In this document: piece by piece, positions 36,897 through 39,432 of the stretch
Layout: each line of letters begins with the position of its first letter
Numbering within the stretch: the first letter of the stretch is position 1
Assembly: GCA_964550695.1 (NCBI GenBank)
Contig: CAZKCK010000002.1
Location: 14,447 to 53,878 of the forward strand
Length of the DNA: 39,432 nucleotides
Direction of reading: 5' to 3'
DNA from: an uncultured Bacteroidales bacterium
GTDB taxonomy: Bacteria > Bacteroidota > Bacteroidia > Bacteroidales > TTA-H9
The notes under the pieces: generated by a model
Seen by the model: the letters and a program-made list of their open reading frames with translations, nothing else
Database searches by the model: none
What the model was told of the DNA's origin: nothing
Translations under genes and position numbers: made by a program

Positions 36897-38942
36897 ATGG
36901 AATTTGTTAATCCCTGGTTTTTAACAGGTTTGTCAGCACTGGCCATTCCGGTCATCATCCATTTGTTCAACTTTCACCGATACCGGAAAGTCTATTTTAC
37001 AAATGTAAGGTTTCTGAAAGCTATAAAAGTTCAGACCCAGAAACAATCGAGGTTGCGGAGTATTATTCTTTTAATCATCCGAATGCTTGCCATAGCCTGT
37101 ATTGTATTGGCATTTGCCCAGCCATTCATTCCGCAGGGAAAAATAATACAGAAACCCGGAGCCACTAACGCGGTTAGCATTTATCTTGATAACTCGCTGA
37201 GTATGCAGGCCGAAGGAGAAAAAGGCATGCTGATTGAAATGGCACGCGAAAAAATAATCGACATCCTGTCAGCCTATGCGCCAACGGATGTTTTCCAACT
37301 CATGACCAATGACCTTGAAGGCCGGTATCAGCATTTTGTTACCAAAGAACAATTCAGGACTTTCCTCAGTGAGGTCAGGCTCAGCCCCGCAGTAAAACCG
37401 ATTTCCGACATTATCAGATATCAGCATAACCTGCTCAATTCGAATAACTCAGCAAACAAAACCGCATTTCTGGTTTCTGATTTTCAACGGAGTTCTTTTA
37501 TTTCACAGGCACAAAAAGACAGCCTGATCATTCCAACCATTTTAATACCTGTAGGTTCCGCAGTTAAAAGCAATGTTTCGGTCGACTCTTGCTGGTTTGC
37601 CTCTCCCATTCAGCAACTCGGCATCAATTCAACACTCAGTATCAGATTACAGAATTATAGTGAAAACATCATCGAAAACCTGCCTGTACGACTGATTATC
37701 AACAATATTCAACGGGGCCAGGCCAATGTAACCATCAATCCGTGGAGTGCAGGTACTGTTGATTTGGTTTATACACCCATGGAAAGCGGTTTTCAGGAAG
37801 GATATATTCAAATTGATAATTCACCCATTATTTTCGATAATCAATTGTTTATAAGCTACGAAGTTCGCAAAACACTGCCTGTGCTGATTGTAAATGAAGA
37901 AGACGGTCAGTCGCCTGTTGAAAAACTCTTCAGGTCTGACTCAGGTTTTGTAACAACCACGGTCGGGTGGCGGGCTATTGACTATGCCCAGTTTATGCAG
38001 AATGATCTGATTGTACTCAACGGATTGGCAAGTATTGGCAAAGGGCTCACCACCGAACTCTTAAAAGCTGTTGAATCGGGCAGAAATGTAGCAGTAATTC
38101 CTGCTTATAACGCCAACATTGCTGATTATTCAGCATTCTTTAGTTCATTTGGTGCAGGGATGACAATGATACCCGACACTTCGCGAACCAGGGTGAATAA
38201 AATTGTAACTGAGTCACCGCTATATTTTGAAGCATTTGAAAAAATTCCGGAAAATGCAGATTACCCGATCGTTAACTTTCATTACAGATATTCCCCTCCC
38301 TTAAGTTCAAATGCAGAAAACCTGGTAATCCTGAAAGGCGATGATCCTTTCCTTACAGCATTCCCCGTAAAAAAAGCCATGGTATATCTTCTTGCATCTC
38401 CACTGGATTTAAAATATACCAATTTTTCAAACAACGAACTGTTTATTCCCACCTTCATCAACATGGCCCTGCTTAGCAAGCCTCAGCATAAATTATTCGG
38501 AATACTTGGCATTCAGGAACATTTCAGACAGAACATAACCGACAATACTTCAGAAAGTGTGCTGCATGTAAAAATGGATAATAACAAAACCGACATCATA
38601 CCTGTTATGCAACAACAAGACCAGCAGTCAGAAATAATTACCGGTAACGAATTTTCTGAAGCCGGAAATTACAAAGTATATGATGAAACTGAACAGATTG
38701 GGGTATTATCGCTTAATTTTAACCGCACTGAATCTGACCCGTATTGTTATCCCACTGACAGTCTGCAAAACATTCTGAATAAAATGAATTATAAACAGGT
38801 TTATTTATTAAAAGACAATAACATACCCGTTTCGGCAGCCCTAACTGAGTTAAATCATGGAATAAGATTCTGGAAACTTTTTGTATTTCTTGCTTTGTTA
38901 TTCCTGACATCAGAAGTAATTTTGCTGCGATTCTGGAAATAA
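36897..38942 (+). CDS. BatA N-terminal double-TM / vWA domain protein
   Basis: NPWFL..L..LAIPVIIHLFNF...F...FL and LAFAQP; MIDAS-like DNSLSM and VSDFQ; C-terminal TM with E..L.R motif. Confidence 0.87.
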   Translation: MEFVNPWFLTGLSALAIPVIIHLFNFHRYRKVYFTNVRFLKAIKVQTQKQSRLRSIILLIIRMLAIACIVLAFAQPFIPQGKIIQKPGATNAVSIYLDNSLSMQAEGEKGMLIEMAREKIIDILSAYAPTDVFQLMTNDLEGRYQHFVTKEQFRTFLSEVRLSPAVKPISDIIRYQHNLLNSNNSANKTAFLVSDFQRSSFISQAQKDSLIIPTILIPVGSAVKSNVSVDSCWFASPIQQLGINSTLSIRLQNYSENIIENLPVRLIINNIQRGQANVTINPWSAGTVDLVYTPMESGFQEGYIQIDNSPIIFDNQLFISYEVRKTLPVLIVNEEDGQSPVEKLFRSDSGFVTTTVGWRAIDYAQFMQNDLIVLNGLASIGKGLTTELLKAVESGRNVAVIPAYNANIADYSAFFSSFGAGMTMIPDTSRTRVNKIVTESPLYFEAFEKIPENADYPIVNFHYRYSPPLSSNAENLVILKGDDPFLTAFPVKKAMVYLLASPLDLKYTNFSNNELFIPTFINMALLSKPQHKLFGILGIQEHFRQNITDNTSESVLHVKMDNNKTDIIPVMQQQDQQSEIITGNEFSEAGNYKVYDETEQIGVLSLNFNRTESDPYCYPTDSLQNILNKMNYKQVYLLKDNNIPVSAALTELNHGIRFWKLFVFLALLFLTSEVILLRFWK

Positions 38943-38989
38943 TGATTAACCCACATACTCTTAGATAATTAATCATCAAATATATATTT

Positions 38990-39432
38990 ATGCACCACCA
39001 GGTAAAATTATCCGAAGACATTTACTGGATTGGCGTGAACGACCGCCGCACACATCTTTTTGAAAATTACTGGCCTTTACCATTCGGAGTTTCATACAAC
39101 TCTTTTTTAATTATCGATGAGAAAGTTACGCTGGTCGATACGGTTTCAATTACTGCCATGGATACTTTTCTTGATAAATTATGGAGTTTATTGGGCGATA
39201 AAAAAATCGACTACCTCATTATCAATCACATGGAACCTGACCATTCAGGTGCGGTACGTTCTATTGTTAAAGAGTTCCCTGATATACAGATTATTGGCAA
39301 TAAAAAAACATTCCCAATGTTGGAGGGGTTTTATGATATTAACAAAAATCTTGTAGAAGTTGAAGATGGGACCATCATCGATACCGGCAGGCATAAACTC
39401 CGGTTCTATCTTACACCAATGGTCCACTGGCC
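38990..39432 (+). CDS. fprA: Flavodiiron protein FprA (partial, runs off window end)
   Basis: Manual translation: MHHQVKLSEDIYWIGVNDRRTHLFENYWPLPFGVSYNSFLI...INHMEPDHSG...TPMVHW, containing diiron ligand motifs. Not in the ORF track because it has no stop in the window. Confidence 0.92.
   Translation, partial: MHHQVKLSEDIYWIGVNDRRTHLFENYWPLPFGVSYNSFLIIDEKVTLVDTVSITAMDTFLDKLWSLLGDKKIDYLIINHMEPDHSGAVRSIVKEFPDIQIIGNKKTFPMLEGFYDINKNLVEVEDGTIIDTGRHKLRFYLTPMVHW

Noticed and set aside
1-39432. tRNA/rRNA genes, CRISPR arrays, IS elements, integrases, prophage genes, invertible promoters
   Set aside because: None seen by eye: intergenic gaps are short, with no repeat-spacer periodicity and no transposase or recombinase ORFs. 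The remaining short track ORFs are nested in or antisense to confident genes.

Overview
Core-genome window from a Bacteroidota (Bacteroidales-like) bacterium. Evidence for the taxon: repeated TAnnTTTG (-7) promoter boxes, a dcw cluster lacking murF/ddl, ftsZ followed by yqeY, and a GlsA/GlsB-like acyltransferase pair divergent from mraZ. Left part: a lipoprotein, a LutA-like Fe-S protein, aroA/aroB, an acyl-CoA carboxyltransferase plus biotin carrier, engB and the acyltransferase pair. Centre: mraZ-rsmH-ftsL-ftsI-murE-mraY-murD-ftsW-murG-murC-ftsQ-ftsA-ftsZ-yqeY. Right part: MOSC/MogA, GNAT, HD protein, ftsB-like, priA, an RlmL-like methyltransferase, an SPFH gene plus a small Arc/RHH gene missed by the ORF track, a CysP-like PiT permease, yjjG, rsmE, DUF4159, a BatA/vWA protein and a partial fprA. 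I saw no RNA genes, mobile elements, CRISPR arrays or defence islands, and I cannot claim a clearly novel system. The best leads are regulatory or modular: a perfect Shine-Dalgarno before ftsZ in a phylum that normally avoids SD; DnaA-box-like 9-mers interleaved with MraZ-type GTGGGG boxes; an SPFH/RHH module with a candidate operator; a split MOSC/MogA pair; and a PiT protein lacking both phosphate-signature aspartates. All family calls come from motif recognition, not database searches.
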